A stretch of DNA of 64,000 nucleotides, taken from the NCBI GenBank assembly GCA_020849855.1, contig JADZFO010000027.1, positions 2,585 through 66,584 on the forward strand, given 5' to 3'. The translations under genes were made by a program, and so were the position numbers. This stretch comes from a bacterium. Its GTDB lineage: Bacteria; 4484-113; JAFGCY01. Shown piece after piece: positions 48,113 to 57,671 of the stretch. The notes under the pieces are model-generated. The model was not told where the DNA came from and did no database searches. It saw only the letters and a program-made list of their open reading frames with translations. Positions within the stretch are counted from its first letter, which is position 1. Each line of letters begins with the position of its first letter.

Positions 48113-48227
48113 GCTTGATTATATGCGTTACATCCGCGCCCAAAGCGGTCTCAGCATTGCTGTGAGGCCAGCTGAACAGCCGGCTGAAGCCCGCTGTCAC
48201 TGCTGTAGACAAGACTGGAGGTAGGAA

Positions 48228-49532
48228 ATGGAGTTTTCACGCAACGTGGCGCCGGCATTGCTGGGCGCACTGCTGCTCAGCACGGCTGCTGTGGCCGAGG
48301 ATGCGCCGCAGCCGGCGGCGCCTGCGGATACCGCTGATGCAGCTGCACCGGTCGCCGATGTGGCTGATCCTGTTGCACCTGCAGCGGAGGCGGATGCCCC
48401 GGAGGCACCCTCACTTCCAGCGCTTGTTATTGCAGCGGCCGCGGCGCCGGAGGCCGAGTCGCTCAGCGAGCGCCTTAGCGCCCGGCTGGATGAACTGGTA
48501 GCCTCGGGCGAACTGAGTACGGAAACAGCAGCGAAGGTCAGGGCGCTGGTCCTTGAGCTTGCGGCTGCCTCGCCGGTGGCCGCAGCACCGAGCCCGGCAC
48601 TCCTCGAACTTGAGGCCTTGAATTCCACCGCGGCAGCCCCTGAGCTGCTCGAACTGCGAATCCTGGAAAGCGGCAGCCCGCTTGCCCTGGCCGCACCGGA
48701 CGCACACATTGTCTATGGTCAGCAACTGGCGCCTGAAGCGCTGGCGCAGCTTGAGCTTGAGCTGCAGGGCCACGCTCTGGCTCTGTCAGATACAGCGCTT
48801 GCCGAGGCTGAACTTGAAAAGCTGAACATCGAGCTGCAGGAAGTACAGGGCCAGGAGCTGTCGGAAGAAGCCTTGCTGGAACTACAGAATCTCTACCAGC
48901 TGCCGGCCCTGGTTGAGGGGCAGAAGCTGGATGCCGCTGCCTCCAATCTGGCTGAGCTGGCCGCAAAGGAACTGCTTGAGCTCCATATTCAGCCGCTGGC
49001 GCCCGAGGCCCTGGCTGAGCTGGAGAGCCTGAGTGTCTATGCCCTGCCGGGTGCTGCGGTGGCCGCGCCCGCGCTTGCTGAACAGGCAGCCCGCGAGCTG
49101 GAAATCTATGCCAGGGGTCATCTTGCCGGGGCGGCTGGCCTTCCGGAAGGCCTGGCCGTCGTGCAGGGCTTCCCGCTGGGCGATGACCAGGCGCTGAAGA
49201 TTGAGCTGGAACGGGCCGCTGGCCTCCCGGCCGCGAGCGCAGGTTCGCTGGAAAGCGCACTCACGCCGGGAATCCTGCTGGGCATTCAGGGCCTGCAGAA
49301 CGGCGATGAGGACAAGACTCGCGCCGCGGCCCTGCTGCTGGCCATGCAGCTGCTGGCAGCCGAGGACGACAGCCTGCGCGAGCTGCTGCCGGAAGACCTG
49401 CGCAAACTGAGCTCTGACGATCTGGTTGGCCGGCTGAAGCTGAAGGACGGCTGGGAGAACGACCTGCAGCGCCTGGGAGACCGCCTGAGCGTGATGCTCA
49501 AGGGCTTCCTGCGCAACAACAGCAAGAAGTAA
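48228..49532 (+). CDS. Secreted Ala/Leu/Glu-rich repeat protein.
   Basis: Signal peptide (LLGALLLSTAAVAED). Reiterated LAPEALA(E/Q)LE(L/S) and ELLEL units. Predicted largely helical or coiled. Confidence 0.45.
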   Translation: MEFSRNVAPALLGALLLSTAAVAEDAPQPAAPADTADAAAPVADVADPVAPAAEADAPEAPSLPALVIAAAAAPEAESLSERLSARLDELVASGELSTETAAKVRALVLELAAASPVAAAPSPALLELEALNSTAAAPELLELRILESGSPLALAAPDAHIVYGQQLAPEALAQLELELQGHALALSDTALAEAELEKLNIELQEVQGQELSEEALLELQNLYQLPALVEGQKLDAAASNLAELAAKELLELHIQPLAPEALAELESLSVYALPGAAVAAPALAEQAARELEIYARGHLAGAAGLPEGLAVVQGFPLGDDQALKIELERAAGLPAASAGSLESALTPGILLGIQGLQNGDEDKTRAAALLLAMQLLAAEDDSLRELLPEDLRKLSSDDLVGRLKLKDGWENDLQRLGDRLSVMLKGFLRNNSKK

Positions 49533-49662
49533 GCAGATAAAGGCAAGCCGCTTCTTGCCTCCGGCTGCGATAAGAAAGCTGGCACATCGGTAATGAAAGT
49601 ACTGCTGGACATTGAACAGTTCCAGTATGCAGTCGTCCTGATTTGTGTCAGAGGAGGCAGCC

Positions 49663-49698
49663 ATGTTCTGGTGGAAGACTATTACCGTCCCGAAGTAG
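49663..49698 (+). other. Mini-ORF MFWWKTITVPK with a near-perfect Shine-Dalgarno, a candidate leader peptide.
   Basis: GAGGAGG, then a 5-nt spacer, then ATG TTC TGG TGG AAG ... TAG. The stop codon is embedded in hairpin ACCGTCC-cgaagta-GGACGGT (49684-49704). Confidence 0.25.
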
Positions 49699-49725
49699 GA
49701 CGGTTAAGAAAGGTAGGAAAACTGC

Positions 49726-49750
49726 AAGGGGACGGCACAGCCGTCCCCTT
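49726..49750 (-). terminator. Intrinsic terminator candidate for the ADP-ribosylglycohydrolase gene.
   Basis: 10-bp stem AAGGGGACGG-cacag-CCGTCCCCTT. On the - strand it is followed by GCAGUUUUCC. Confidence 0.4.
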
Positions 49751-49823
49751 GCGCACTTCAGGGTCCAGTTCTATGTTACAGCCCAATGGTCGGCCCGCAC
49801 TTTATTTGGTAACTGCTTGAGTT

Positions 49824-50852
49824 CTATTCTTCGTCCTCGGCGCTGGCCAGCTCATAGAGCCGCCGACTAAGCCTGTCAATCTGCTCTCTCCCGTTCAGCG
49901 CCTGCAGCCACAGCGGCGGAATGGCCCCCACGCCAAAGCGCGCGCCCAGGAGGGCTCCAGCCACCGCTCCAACCTGGGAACTGGCGGTGCCGCGGTTCAC
50001 CAGCAAAAGGACGCCCTCTTCAAAGGTGCTGCAGTTTATGACCGCCCAGAGCCCCGCCTGCAGCGTGTGCAGCACGTCGCCATCGGTTTGCAGTTCCTCG
50101 CCCGTGCGGTCCGGGATGTTGCGCAGGGCATAGCCCAGCACTGTATTGCGGGGCTCAATGAAGTCCAGCACTTCCTCCAGCAGCCCGTCCGTACCGACCA
50201 GCAGCAGGTGCGCGATGGCGAGGTTCAGCGCCACGCAGGCCAGCTTGCAGCGCTCGTCATAGTGCGTAATACCGCTGATCACCCGGGATTCGCCGATCAA
50301 ATGGACGTTGTCGTGATAGCGGCGCAGGCCCGTGGGCGCCGCCCGCACCAGGCTTCCGGAGCCCATGCGCATGCTCTCCGGCATGCTCTGCCAGGCCTCA
50401 AAACCGGCGCGCTCAAAGTTGTAGCCAAAGACAAGGTTCTCGCAGGCTTCGCGCGTGGTTTCTCCAAGGTCCCGGGGGCCCTGGCGGTACCACTCCCGGA
50501 AACGCTCGGCGACATCGACAGCATTGAAGACCCCGGTCTCGCAGTAGCTTTCCAGCACGCAGAGCATCATCTGGGCGTCGCCGGTCATGCTGCCCGCGGG
50601 CTTGTCGCGCCAGCCGCCCGGCTGCATCTGGCGCACGTTGCCAAAGCGCTGGTCGATCTCGGCCATGCTCAGCCGGTCCAGCGGCGCGCCGATAGCATTG
50701 CCGCAGGCCAGGCCCAGCAGGCAACCGCGGAACTGTTCAGCCAGGTCTCGCACTGGCGGAACGATAACACAGCCTGCCGCGCGGCCAGTCTCAAGCGCGG
50801 CAAACTGTATTGAGTTGCCCTGACTATGCCCACGCAGCCTGGACGCAGGCAC
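49824..50852 (-). CDS. ADP-ribosylglycohydrolase family protein (DraG/ARH-like).
   Basis: Contains the GCLLGLACGNAIGAPLD and SMTGDAQM motifs, the family's metal-binding Asp/Thr-containing signatures. Confidence 0.7.
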   Translation of the reverse strand: MPASRLRGHSQGNSIQFAALETGRAAGCVIVPPVRDLAEQFRGCLLGLACGNAIGAPLDRLSMAEIDQRFGNVRQMQPGGWRDKPAGSMTGDAQMMLCVLESYCETGVFNAVDVAERFREWYRQGPRDLGETTREACENLVFGYNFERAGFEAWQSMPESMRMGSGSLVRAAPTGLRRYHDNVHLIGESRVISGITHYDERCKLACVALNLAIAHLLLVGTDGLLEEVLDFIEPRNTVLGYALRNIPDRTGEELQTDGDVLHTLQAGLWAVINCSTFEEGVLLLVNRGTASSQVGAVAGALLGARFGVGAIPPLWLQALNGREQIDRLSRRLYELASAEDEE

Positions 50853-50868
50853 GGGGTAGAATCAGCCC

Positions 50869-51522
50869 GTGTATACAGGGCTTATCCGGCATCAGGGCCT
50901 GCTGGCGGCGCGCGGCGCTGCCAGTCTGCTCGTCGATTGCCCTGGCCTGCGCTCAAGTCTGAATTTCGGTGACAGCGTTTCGGTCAACGGCGTCTGCCTG
51001 ACCGTGGCCCGTCTGAGCGAAACGGGTTTCGGGGCGGATCTGCTTCCGGCCACGCTTGAGGTAACAACTCTGGGCACACTGGCCATCGGCAGCCGTCTGA
51101 ACCTGGAGCTGCCGCTGGGGACCGGCGAGCTCTTTGGCGGCCATCTGGTGCGCGGCGTCGTGGACGGGACAGTTGAACTGCTTGCCCGCGAGGAGCTGCC
51201 CGGAGGAGCCCTGCGGCTCAGCTTCAGGCTGGAGGACTGGCTCAAGCAGTGGCTGGTTCCAAAGGGCGCGGTCTGCCTGGATGGTGTCAGCCTGACCGTT
51301 CAGCGCCTGGATGAAGCTGTCTTCACGACAGAGCTGATCCCAACCACGCAGGCTGAGACAAACCTTGGAACTATTTTGCCCTCGGCAAGGGTAAATGTTG
51401 AAGCCGACCTGATCGTTAAGTCCGTGCGCACGGTGCTTGAAGGCATGGGCTATGCGGATCGGGTACCAGAGCTGGCGGCAGCCGTAAACGGACTGCCTGC
51501 TTCAAAGGGAACTGGAGATTGA
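50869..51522 (+). CDS. ribE: Riboflavin synthase (alpha chain).
   Basis: Starts MYTGLI (compare MFTGII). The two lumazine-binding repeats are internally duplicated ([11 protein letters not shown] and GVSLTV). Confidence 0.8.
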   Translation: MYTGLIRHQGLLAARGAASLLVDCPGLRSSLNFGDSVSVNGVCLTVARLSETGFGADLLPATLEVTTLGTLAIGSRLNLELPLGTGELFGGHLVRGVVDGTVELLAREELPGGALRLSFRLEDWLKQWLVPKGAVCLDGVSLTVQRLDEAVFTTELIPTTQAETNLGTILPSARVNVEADLIVKSVRTVLEGMGYADRVPELAAAVNGLPASKGTGD

Positions 51523-52928
51523 TGTCTGATACAAACAACGGAAACGGTCCAGGCGCTGCCAAGCCGGCTGGCAACGGCGGTCTGACCCCCAGCTGCAGCG
51601 GTAACACGGTCTATACGGCCCTGCTCGCGCGCAGCGGCATGCGCCTGATCGAGTCGGTCACCGCGCCCGCGGCTCCGCAGGAAGATGCCGCCACGTGTTA
51701 TGTCAGCCGCGTCGAAGCGGCGGTCGAGGCCCTGCGCCGCGGCGGCATGGTGATCCTGATGGATGACAAACAGCGCGAGAACGAGGGCGATCTTGTCTGC
51801 GCCGCTCAGTTCGCCAGCCCGGAGAACGTTAACTTCATGAAGGCTCACGGCCGCGGCCTGATCTGCGTGCCGATGACCAGCGAGGCCCTCGAGCGCCTGG
51901 AGCTGCCGTTGATGGCCCAGCGCAACACCAGCCTGCACGGCACCGCCTTCACCATGAGCGTCGATGCCCTGCACGGCACCAGCACAGGCATCAGTGCCGA
52001 GGACATGTCCATCACGATCCGCGCGCTGGCCGACCCCGCGACGCGGCCCGAGGACCTCGGCCGCCCCGGCCATGTCTTCCCGCTGCTCTACCACTCCGGC
52101 GGCGTGCTCAAGCGCCCCGGCCAGACAGAAGGCAGCGTGGACCTGCTGCGCATTGCCGGCCTGCAGCCGGCCGCAGTGGTCTGCGAGATCTGTAACGAGG
52201 ATGGCAGCATGGCCCGTGAACCCCAGCTTGTCGAATACAGCCGGCAGCATCAGATTCCCCTGGTACATATCCAGGACATCGTGCGCTACCGCCTGGTCAA
52301 GGACAAGATCATCCGCTTTGCTGACAAGGCCGTCCTGCCCACGGAGTACGGTGAGTTCGCCATTCATGGCTACGAAGTGCCGGCCACTGGCGAGCACCAC
52401 GTCGCCCTGGTCTGCGGAGATGTCTCGACAGACGAGCCGGTGTTGATCCGCGTGCACAGCGAATGCCTGACCGGCGATGTCTTCCATAGCCGCCGCTGCG
52501 ACTGCGGTCCGCAGCTTGACTGGGCCATGCGGGCCATCGCCAAGGAAGGCCGCGGTGTGCTGCTTTACCTGCGCCAGGAGGGCCGCGGCATCGGCCTGAT
52601 CAACAAGATCCGCGCCTATGCCCTGCAGGACAACGGCATGGATACCGTCGAGGCCAACCTCGCGCTGGGCCTGCCGGCCGACAACCGCGACTACGATGCC
52701 GGGGCGCAGATCCTGCTCGACCTCGGCCTAAAGGACCTGCGCCTGATCACCAACAACCCCTCCAAGCTGGTGGGCCTGGAAGCGCATGGACTGCGAATCG
52801 TCGAGCGTGTACCGATTCCTCTGGAGATCATGTATCACCGCCACAGCGCTGGCTACATCGAAACCAAGGTGGCCAAGATGGGGCACCTGATCGATCTGCA
52901 GGGGGCGGAGGTCCAGGCCGGCGGCTAA
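51519..52928 (+). CDS. ribBA: Bifunctional 3,4-dihydroxy-2-butanone-4-phosphate synthase / GTP cyclohydrolase II.
   Basis: DHBP synthase motifs ([31 protein letters not shown]) and GTP cyclohydrolase II motifs ([20 protein letters not shown]). Its ATG overlaps the ribE stop. Confidence 0.9.
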   Translation: MMSDTNNGNGPGAAKPAGNGGLTPSCSGNTVYTALLARSGMRLIESVTAPAAPQEDAATCYVSRVEAAVEALRRGGMVILMDDKQRENEGDLVCAAQFASPENVNFMKAHGRGLICVPMTSEALERLELPLMAQRNTSLHGTAFTMSVDALHGTSTGISAEDMSITIRALADPATRPEDLGRPGHVFPLLYHSGGVLKRPGQTEGSVDLLRIAGLQPAAVVCEICNEDGSMAREPQLVEYSRQHQIPLVHIQDIVRYRLVKDKIIRFADKAVLPTEYGEFAIHGYEVPATGEHHVALVCGDVSTDEPVLIRVHSECLTGDVFHSRRCDCGPQLDWAMRAIAKEGRGVLLYLRQEGRGIGLINKIRAYALQDNGMDTVEANLALGLPADNRDYDAGAQILLDLGLKDLRLITNNPSKLVGLEAHGLRIVERVPIPLEIMYHRHSAGYIETKVAKMGHLIDLQGAEVQAGG

Positions 52929-54922
52929 GCAGCAGCCTGCGCCCCGCCGCGATAAGGCTGCACCAGCAGCAGCATTCCGCTGAGGATTGTCAGCACTGTG
53001 CTGCCTTCATGCAGGATCACCGCCAGCCACAGCGGCAGCCAGCCCGTGGCCGCGCCGGCCAGCAGCAGGATGATCACGCCAAATGCCAGCACCAGCCCGC
53101 GGGTAATCGCCGCCTGGGTCTGGCGGGCCAGCCAGACCGCGAAGGGCAGGGCGGACAGGTCATCGCGCATCAGCACTATGTCCGCCGTTTCCAGCGCCAC
53201 ATCAGTGCCGCGGCTGCCCATGGCGAGGCCGATGTCGGCCGCGGCCAGCGCCGGGCCGTCGTTGACACCGTCGCCCACAAAAGCCAGCGCGCCGTACTGC
53301 TGCTGCAGACGCCGAACCTCGTCCACCTTGTTCTCGGGCAGCAGCTCCGCCCGCACTTCGTCCGCGCCCACACTGGCGGCCACTGCCTCGCCAACCAGAT
53401 GGTGGTCGCCGGTGAGGATCACCACATGCTGGATCCCCTGGCGTCGCAGCTGCTGGATTGCCGGCTCAGCGCTGGCGCGAATCCGGTCGGCGATGCCCAG
53501 CACCTCATGCCCGCCGTCAGAGCTCACCACCACAGCCGTCAGGCCGCGCCGGCGGATCGCGCTGACCTCCTCAAACACGCTGTCGGGCACATCCACGCCA
53601 TGCGATTCGAAGAGGCTGCGGTTGCCCACGCCGACCCAGCGCTGGTCCACCTCTCCATGCACGCCCTCGCCCACATGCGTGTCGAAGTCCTGCACTTTGC
53701 GCAGCTCCAGGCCCTGCTCCAGGGCAGCCTGCACCACGGCCTGGGCCAGTGGGTGCTCGCTGACTGCCTCAACCGAGGCGGCAAGCTGCAGCAGCCGCGC
53801 CTTCTCCTCGGCCGTGCCGACCGGGTTGCCCAGATACAGCACGGCCGGGGCGCCTTCGGTCAGGGTGCCGGTCTTGTCCAGTGCGATGCTGCGCACCTGG
53901 GCCAGGCGCTCCAGATAGACGCCGCCTTTGATCAGTACGCCCTGCCGGGCAGCGCGGGTCAGGCCGGAGAGTACAGCAGCCGGCACGCTCATGATCACCG
54001 CGCATGGTGAGGCCGCCACCAGGAAGACCATACCGTGATAGAGGGCGTCAGACAGGGGCCGCTGGCCCCAGAGGTAATCCCATGCCGCTACAGAAGTGGC
54101 CAGGGCCAGGACGGCAATCACATAGGCGTTCTGCCAGCGCTCAAAGCGTGCCTGGGTTGCCACCTTCTGTTCCTGGGCTTCCTGCACCAGGCGCACAATG
54201 CGCGCCAGCATGGTGTCGCCGGCGCGGTGGGTCACCTCAATCAGCAGGCTGCCGCGCAGGTTGATGGTCCCGGCGAAGACTTCCTGTCCGGCTGACTTGC
54301 TCACCGGCAGGCCTTCTCCGGTGAGGGTGCTTTCATCCAGGCTGCCGTGCCCTTCGCGGATGACGCCGTCCAGGGCCAGACGCTCGCCGGCGGCGATGCG
54401 CAGCAATTCGCCGGGCTGGATGCTGTCCACCGGCACCTGCTGCTCGCGGCCCTCACGCAGGACGGTGGCGAAGTCCGGCCGCAGCTCCATCAGGCCGGCG
54501 ATGGAGCGCTTGGTGCGCTCGAGGGTGTAGTACTCCAGCGCGCCGCTCAGCGTAAACAGGAACAGCAGGCCGATGCCTTCCGCCGGCTGGCGCAGGGCCG
54601 CAGCACCGTAGGCGGCCAGCAGCATCAGGAAGTTGATGTCCAGCCTGCGCTCGCGAAGAGATTCGACGGCGGCCTTAAGCGGCAGCCATGAGCCGGCGAG
54701 GAAGGCTGGCGCGAAGAAAAGCCAGGCCGGGCCCGGCAGCCCCCCGCGCTGCAATAGCAGACCGCCGACTCCGCCGGCTGCACAGGCCAGGGTCAGGAAG
54801 ACCGGAACCCAGTTGAATTTCTTGACAGGCCTGTGCACGTGACAGCTATTGTATTCAGGCTCAGAGCCTCTGCGTCTGTTTTGTCCACAATGGGCCTGGA
54901 TCTCAGCCTGCGCTAAGAACAT
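52925..54922 (-). CDS. P1B-4-type heavy-metal (Co/Fe/Zn-type) translocating P-type ATPase.
   Basis: Contains [23 protein letters not shown], an SPC motif in TM4 (AASPCAV) and HEGST in the last TM. There is no N-terminal HMA metal-binding domain, consistent with the P1B-4 subclass. The start codon is uncertain. Confidence 0.8.
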   Translation of the reverse strand: MFLAQAEIQAHCGQNRRRGSEPEYNSCHVHRPVKKFNWVPVFLTLACAAGGVGGLLLQRGGLPGPAWLFFAPAFLAGSWLPLKAAVESLRERRLDINFLMLLAAYGAAALRQPAEGIGLLFLFTLSGALEYYTLERTKRSIAGLMELRPDFATVLREGREQQVPVDSIQPGELLRIAAGERLALDGVIREGHGSLDESTLTGEGLPVSKSAGQEVFAGTINLRGSLLIEVTHRAGDTMLARIVRLVQEAQEQKVATQARFERWQNAYVIAVLALATSVAAWDYLWGQRPLSDALYHGMVFLVAASPCAVIMSVPAAVLSGLTRAARQGVLIKGGVYLERLAQVRSIALDKTGTLTEGAPAVLYLGNPVGTAEEKARLLQLAASVEAVSEHPLAQAVVQAALEQGLELRKVQDFDTHVGEGVHGEVDQRWVGVGNRSLFESHGVDVPDSVFEEVSAIRRRGLTAVVVSSDGGHEVLGIADRIRASAEPAIQQLRRQGIQHVVILTGDHHLVGEAVAASVGADEVRAELLPENKVDEVRRLQQQYGALAFVGDGVNDGPALAAADIGLAMGSRGTDVALETADIVLMRDDLSALPFAVWLARQTQAAITRGLVLAFGVIILLLAGAATGWLPLWLAVILHEGSTVLTILSGMLLLVQPYRGGAQAAA

Positions 54923-54965
54923 CGCGGCCCTGCGGCGGGTAATATGGGCAGCCGGGAGGAATGAA

Positions 54966-55772
54966 ATGGCAACTCAGCAGGAAATCCGCGAACTGGTGCA
55001 GCGCGCCTATGGACAGGTGGCTGCCGGGCAGTTGAACGAGAAGAAAGAGGGCAGCTGCTGCTCAAGCGATCCAGGCTGCTGCGTGAGCGAGACTGATGCC
55101 TCCTACCGCGTTGGCGAAGAGCACCCGCTGCCACAGTCGGACCTTGGCCTTTCCTGCGGCAATCCCGTCGCCTTCAGCATGATCAAGCCCGGGGACGTTG
55201 TCCTTGACCTGGGCTCCGGCGCCGGCAGGGATGTGTTCATGGCCGCCGCCCGCGTGGGTCCTGAGGGTCGCGCAATCGGCGTGGACATGACCCCGCACAT
55301 GCTTGAGCTGGCCCGCAAGAACGCCGCCCGCTTCGCCGCAACCTCAGGCATGAGCAATGTCGAGTTCCGCGAGGGCTTTATTGAGGCCCTGCCGGTAGCG
55401 GATGCCGAGGTCGATCTGGTCATCTCCAACTGCGTAATCAACCTCTCCGTCGACAAGCCGCAGGTCTTCCGCGAGGCCTTCCGCGTGCTGAAGCCAGGCG
55501 GGCGCATCGTCGTCAGCGACATCGTGCTGAACCACGAGCTCTCGGCGGAGCTGGCCAATGATCCGCGGGTCTACGCCAACTGCATCTCCGGCGCGCTGCT
55601 GCGGGAGGATTACCTCGGCGCGATCAGTGCGGCCGGCTTTGCGGCGGTCGAGATCCTGGATGACCATCTCTACAACTCCAGCAGCTGCTGCGGTGATCCA
55701 ATCACCGGTGAGATGTCAGCCGAGCTGGAGGGCTGTGCCAGCAGTATCACCGTGCTGGCCCGCAAGGACTGA
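54966..55772 (+). CDS. ArsM-like SAM-dependent (arsenite) methyltransferase.
   Basis: Contains VLDLGSGAGRD (SAM motif I), VISNCVINL, and conserved Cys clusters at the N-terminus (CCSS, CC) and C-terminus (CC). A GGGAGG RBS precedes the ATG at 54966. Confidence 0.65.
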   Translation: MATQQEIRELVQRAYGQVAAGQLNEKKEGSCCSSDPGCCVSETDASYRVGEEHPLPQSDLGLSCGNPVAFSMIKPGDVVLDLGSGAGRDVFMAAARVGPEGRAIGVDMTPHMLELARKNAARFAATSGMSNVEFREGFIEALPVADAEVDLVISNCVINLSVDKPQVFREAFRVLKPGGRIVVSDIVLNHELSAELANDPRVYANCISGALLREDYLGAISAAGFAAVEILDDHLYNSSSCCGDPITGEMSAELEGCASSITVLARKD

Positions 55773-55850
55773 GCCGCCGCTTCCATGCCCTTGCAGGTCC
55801 TATACTGCTGGTGCGGCAGGGCTGCCGCAACTACCAGTTAGGACAGGAAT

Positions 55851-57671
55851 TTGAAGAACACCCGCCTGCCTCTGCTCGCCAGGCTGCTGCTTCCGTGCCT
55901 GGCGTTCATCCTCAGCCTCAGCTCAGGCGCACTGGCCGATGGCGCGCTGCCGGGCTATCGCTCTCCGGACGAGATCAATGCCAGGCTGCGCGCACTGGAA
56001 AGCCCGGGTTTGGCCAGCGTGATCAGCCTGGGCCGCACGGCGCAGGGCCGCGAGATCCTCTGCCTGCGCATCGGCAGTGGCGATGCTGACAGCAAGCCGG
56101 CCATCGCTGTGCTGGGCTCCGTACAGGCGCAGCAGCGTGTGGGCGCCGAGCTGGTTGTACGACTGGCCGAAGGCCTGATCCAGTCCGCGGCAAGCGATAG
56201 GACCGCCGGCGTTCTGGCCGGGCATACCTATTACCTGATACCGGAGCCAAGCCCCGATGCGGCCAGCGCCTGCTTCACGTCCCCGCTGACAGACCGCGCT
56301 GGCAACAGCCGTCCCTGGGACGACGACAAGGACGGCGGCGTGGATGAGGACGGGCCTGATGACCTGGACGGCGACGGCTGGATCACTCAGCTGCGCGTCA
56401 AGGATCCGGCGGGCCGGTTGATGCCGCACCCCCTGGATCCGCGCGTCCTGATCGAAGCCGACGCCAGCAAGGGCGAGCGCGGTGTTTACAGCATCTACAC
56501 CGAGGGCCTGGATGACGACGTGGACGGCAGCTTCAATGAGGATGGCCGCGGCGGTGTGGACTTCAACCGCAACTGGAGCTTCGACTACCCGGCCTATCAG
56601 GCCGACGCGGGACTCAACGCGGTCAGCGAGCCAGAGTGTCGCGCCCTGGCCGATTTTCTGTTTGCCCGCAGCAACGTAGCCCTGGTTTTCAGCTTCAGCC
56701 CGCAGGATAACCTCAGCGACGCCTGGAAGGCCGGCCAGAGCCAGCCCTACAGCATCATGAACAGCATCCTCGGCGGCGATGCGCCGGCTTATGAGCTGCT
56801 GAGCAAGCGCTACAAGGAGCTGCTGGACCCCAAGGACGCGCCAGCGGCGCGGGGCTGGAGTGGCAGTTTCAGCGCCTGGGCCTACTTCCACTTCGGCCGC
56901 TGGTCGCTCAGCAGCGCTGGCTGGTGGCCGCGCGTCCCGGCGGCAGAGGCGGCGGAAGTGGCCCCTGTGGTCGTCAGCGATAGCAGCGCAGCCGCGCCGG
57001 TCGCTGCGGCTGAGCCAGCGCCGGCTGCCGGTGCGGATGCCCATTCGGAGCAGCCTGCCGCAGCAACAAGCGCGGCCGGATCGGAGTGGGACAAGGATGA
57101 CAAGCGCGGTGATCGCGAGCTGAACTGGCTGAAGTGGATGGACAGCCAGGGCCTTGAGGGCTTTGCGGCATGGCAGCCATACAGCGGAGACACAAGGAAG
57201 CTGCCGGAGGGCGAGGTCGAGGTCGGAGGTATGAGGATGCTGCGCATGCAGAACCCGCCTGCGGCCGAGCTTGACGCTCTTGCAGGCAGCTTCGCTCCCT
57301 TCCTCGAGGCTCTTCCCGGACTGCTGCCGCGCCTGGAGCTCGGCGGTGTGAAGTGCGAGGCGCTGGGCGATGGCCTGTACCGCGCCAGCGCGACTCTGGT
57401 CAACAGCGGCCAGCTGCCGACGATGCCGCAGCTGGCAGAGAACACAGCGCTTAACAACCCGCTGCAGGCGGAAGTGCTGCTCCCCGGCGGCTCCAGCCTG
57501 CTGACCGGAACACCGCGGCGCCGTGTTGGCCGCCTGCTGCCGGGTGCCAGCACTGAACTCAACTGGCTGATCTATGCCCCCCAGGGAGGCAGCATCACGC
57601 TGCGTGCCTGGAGTCCTTCTGTCGGCAGTGTCGAAGCCAGTGTCGAACTCAGTTCCGGGGGTAGCAAGTGA
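55851..57671 (+). CDS. M14 carboxypeptidase-like secreted protein, a probable catalytically inactive paralog.
   Basis: Signal peptide. It is colinear with the downstream M14 protein, including the Asp-rich DxDGDG calcium-binding-like repeats. The zinc-ligand position reads VQAQQ instead of HxxE. Confidence 0.5.
   Translation: MKNTRLPLLARLLLPCLAFILSLSSGALADGALPGYRSPDEINARLRALESPGLASVISLGRTAQGREILCLRIGSGDADSKPAIAVLGSVQAQQRVGAELVVRLAEGLIQSAASDRTAGVLAGHTYYLIPEPSPDAASACFTSPLTDRAGNSRPWDDDKDGGVDEDGPDDLDGDGWITQLRVKDPAGRLMPHPLDPRVLIEADASKGERGVYSIYTEGLDDDVDGSFNEDGRGGVDFNRNWSFDYPAYQADAGLNAVSEPECRALADFLFARSNVALVFSFSPQDNLSDAWKAGQSQPYSIMNSILGGDAPAYELLSKRYKELLDPKDAPAARGWSGSFSAWAYFHFGRWSLSSAGWWPRVPAAEAAEVAPVVVSDSSAAAPVAAAEPAPAAGADAHSEQPAAATSAAGSEWDKDDKRGDRELNWLKWMDSQGLEGFAAWQPYSGDTRKLPEGEVEVGGMRMLRMQNPPAAELDALAGSFAPFLEALPGLLPRLELGGVKCEALGDGLYRASATLVNSGQLPTMPQLAENTALNNPLQAEVLLPGGSSLLTGTPRRRVGRLLPGASTELNWLIYAPQGGSITLRAWSPSVGSVEASVELSSGGSK

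Noticed and set aside
49593-49820. A 75-aa ORF (MKVLLDIEQFQYAVV...) in the low-GC intergenic region.
   Set aside because: It has no convincing RBS, sits in an atypical-composition region that also holds hairpins and a terminator, and has no recognisable motif. I treat it as unproven and cover it under the intergenic finding.
50853-50868. An FMN riboswitch upstream of ribE.
   Set aside because: Only 16 bp separate the upstream convergent gene from the ribE start. There is no room for an RFN element.
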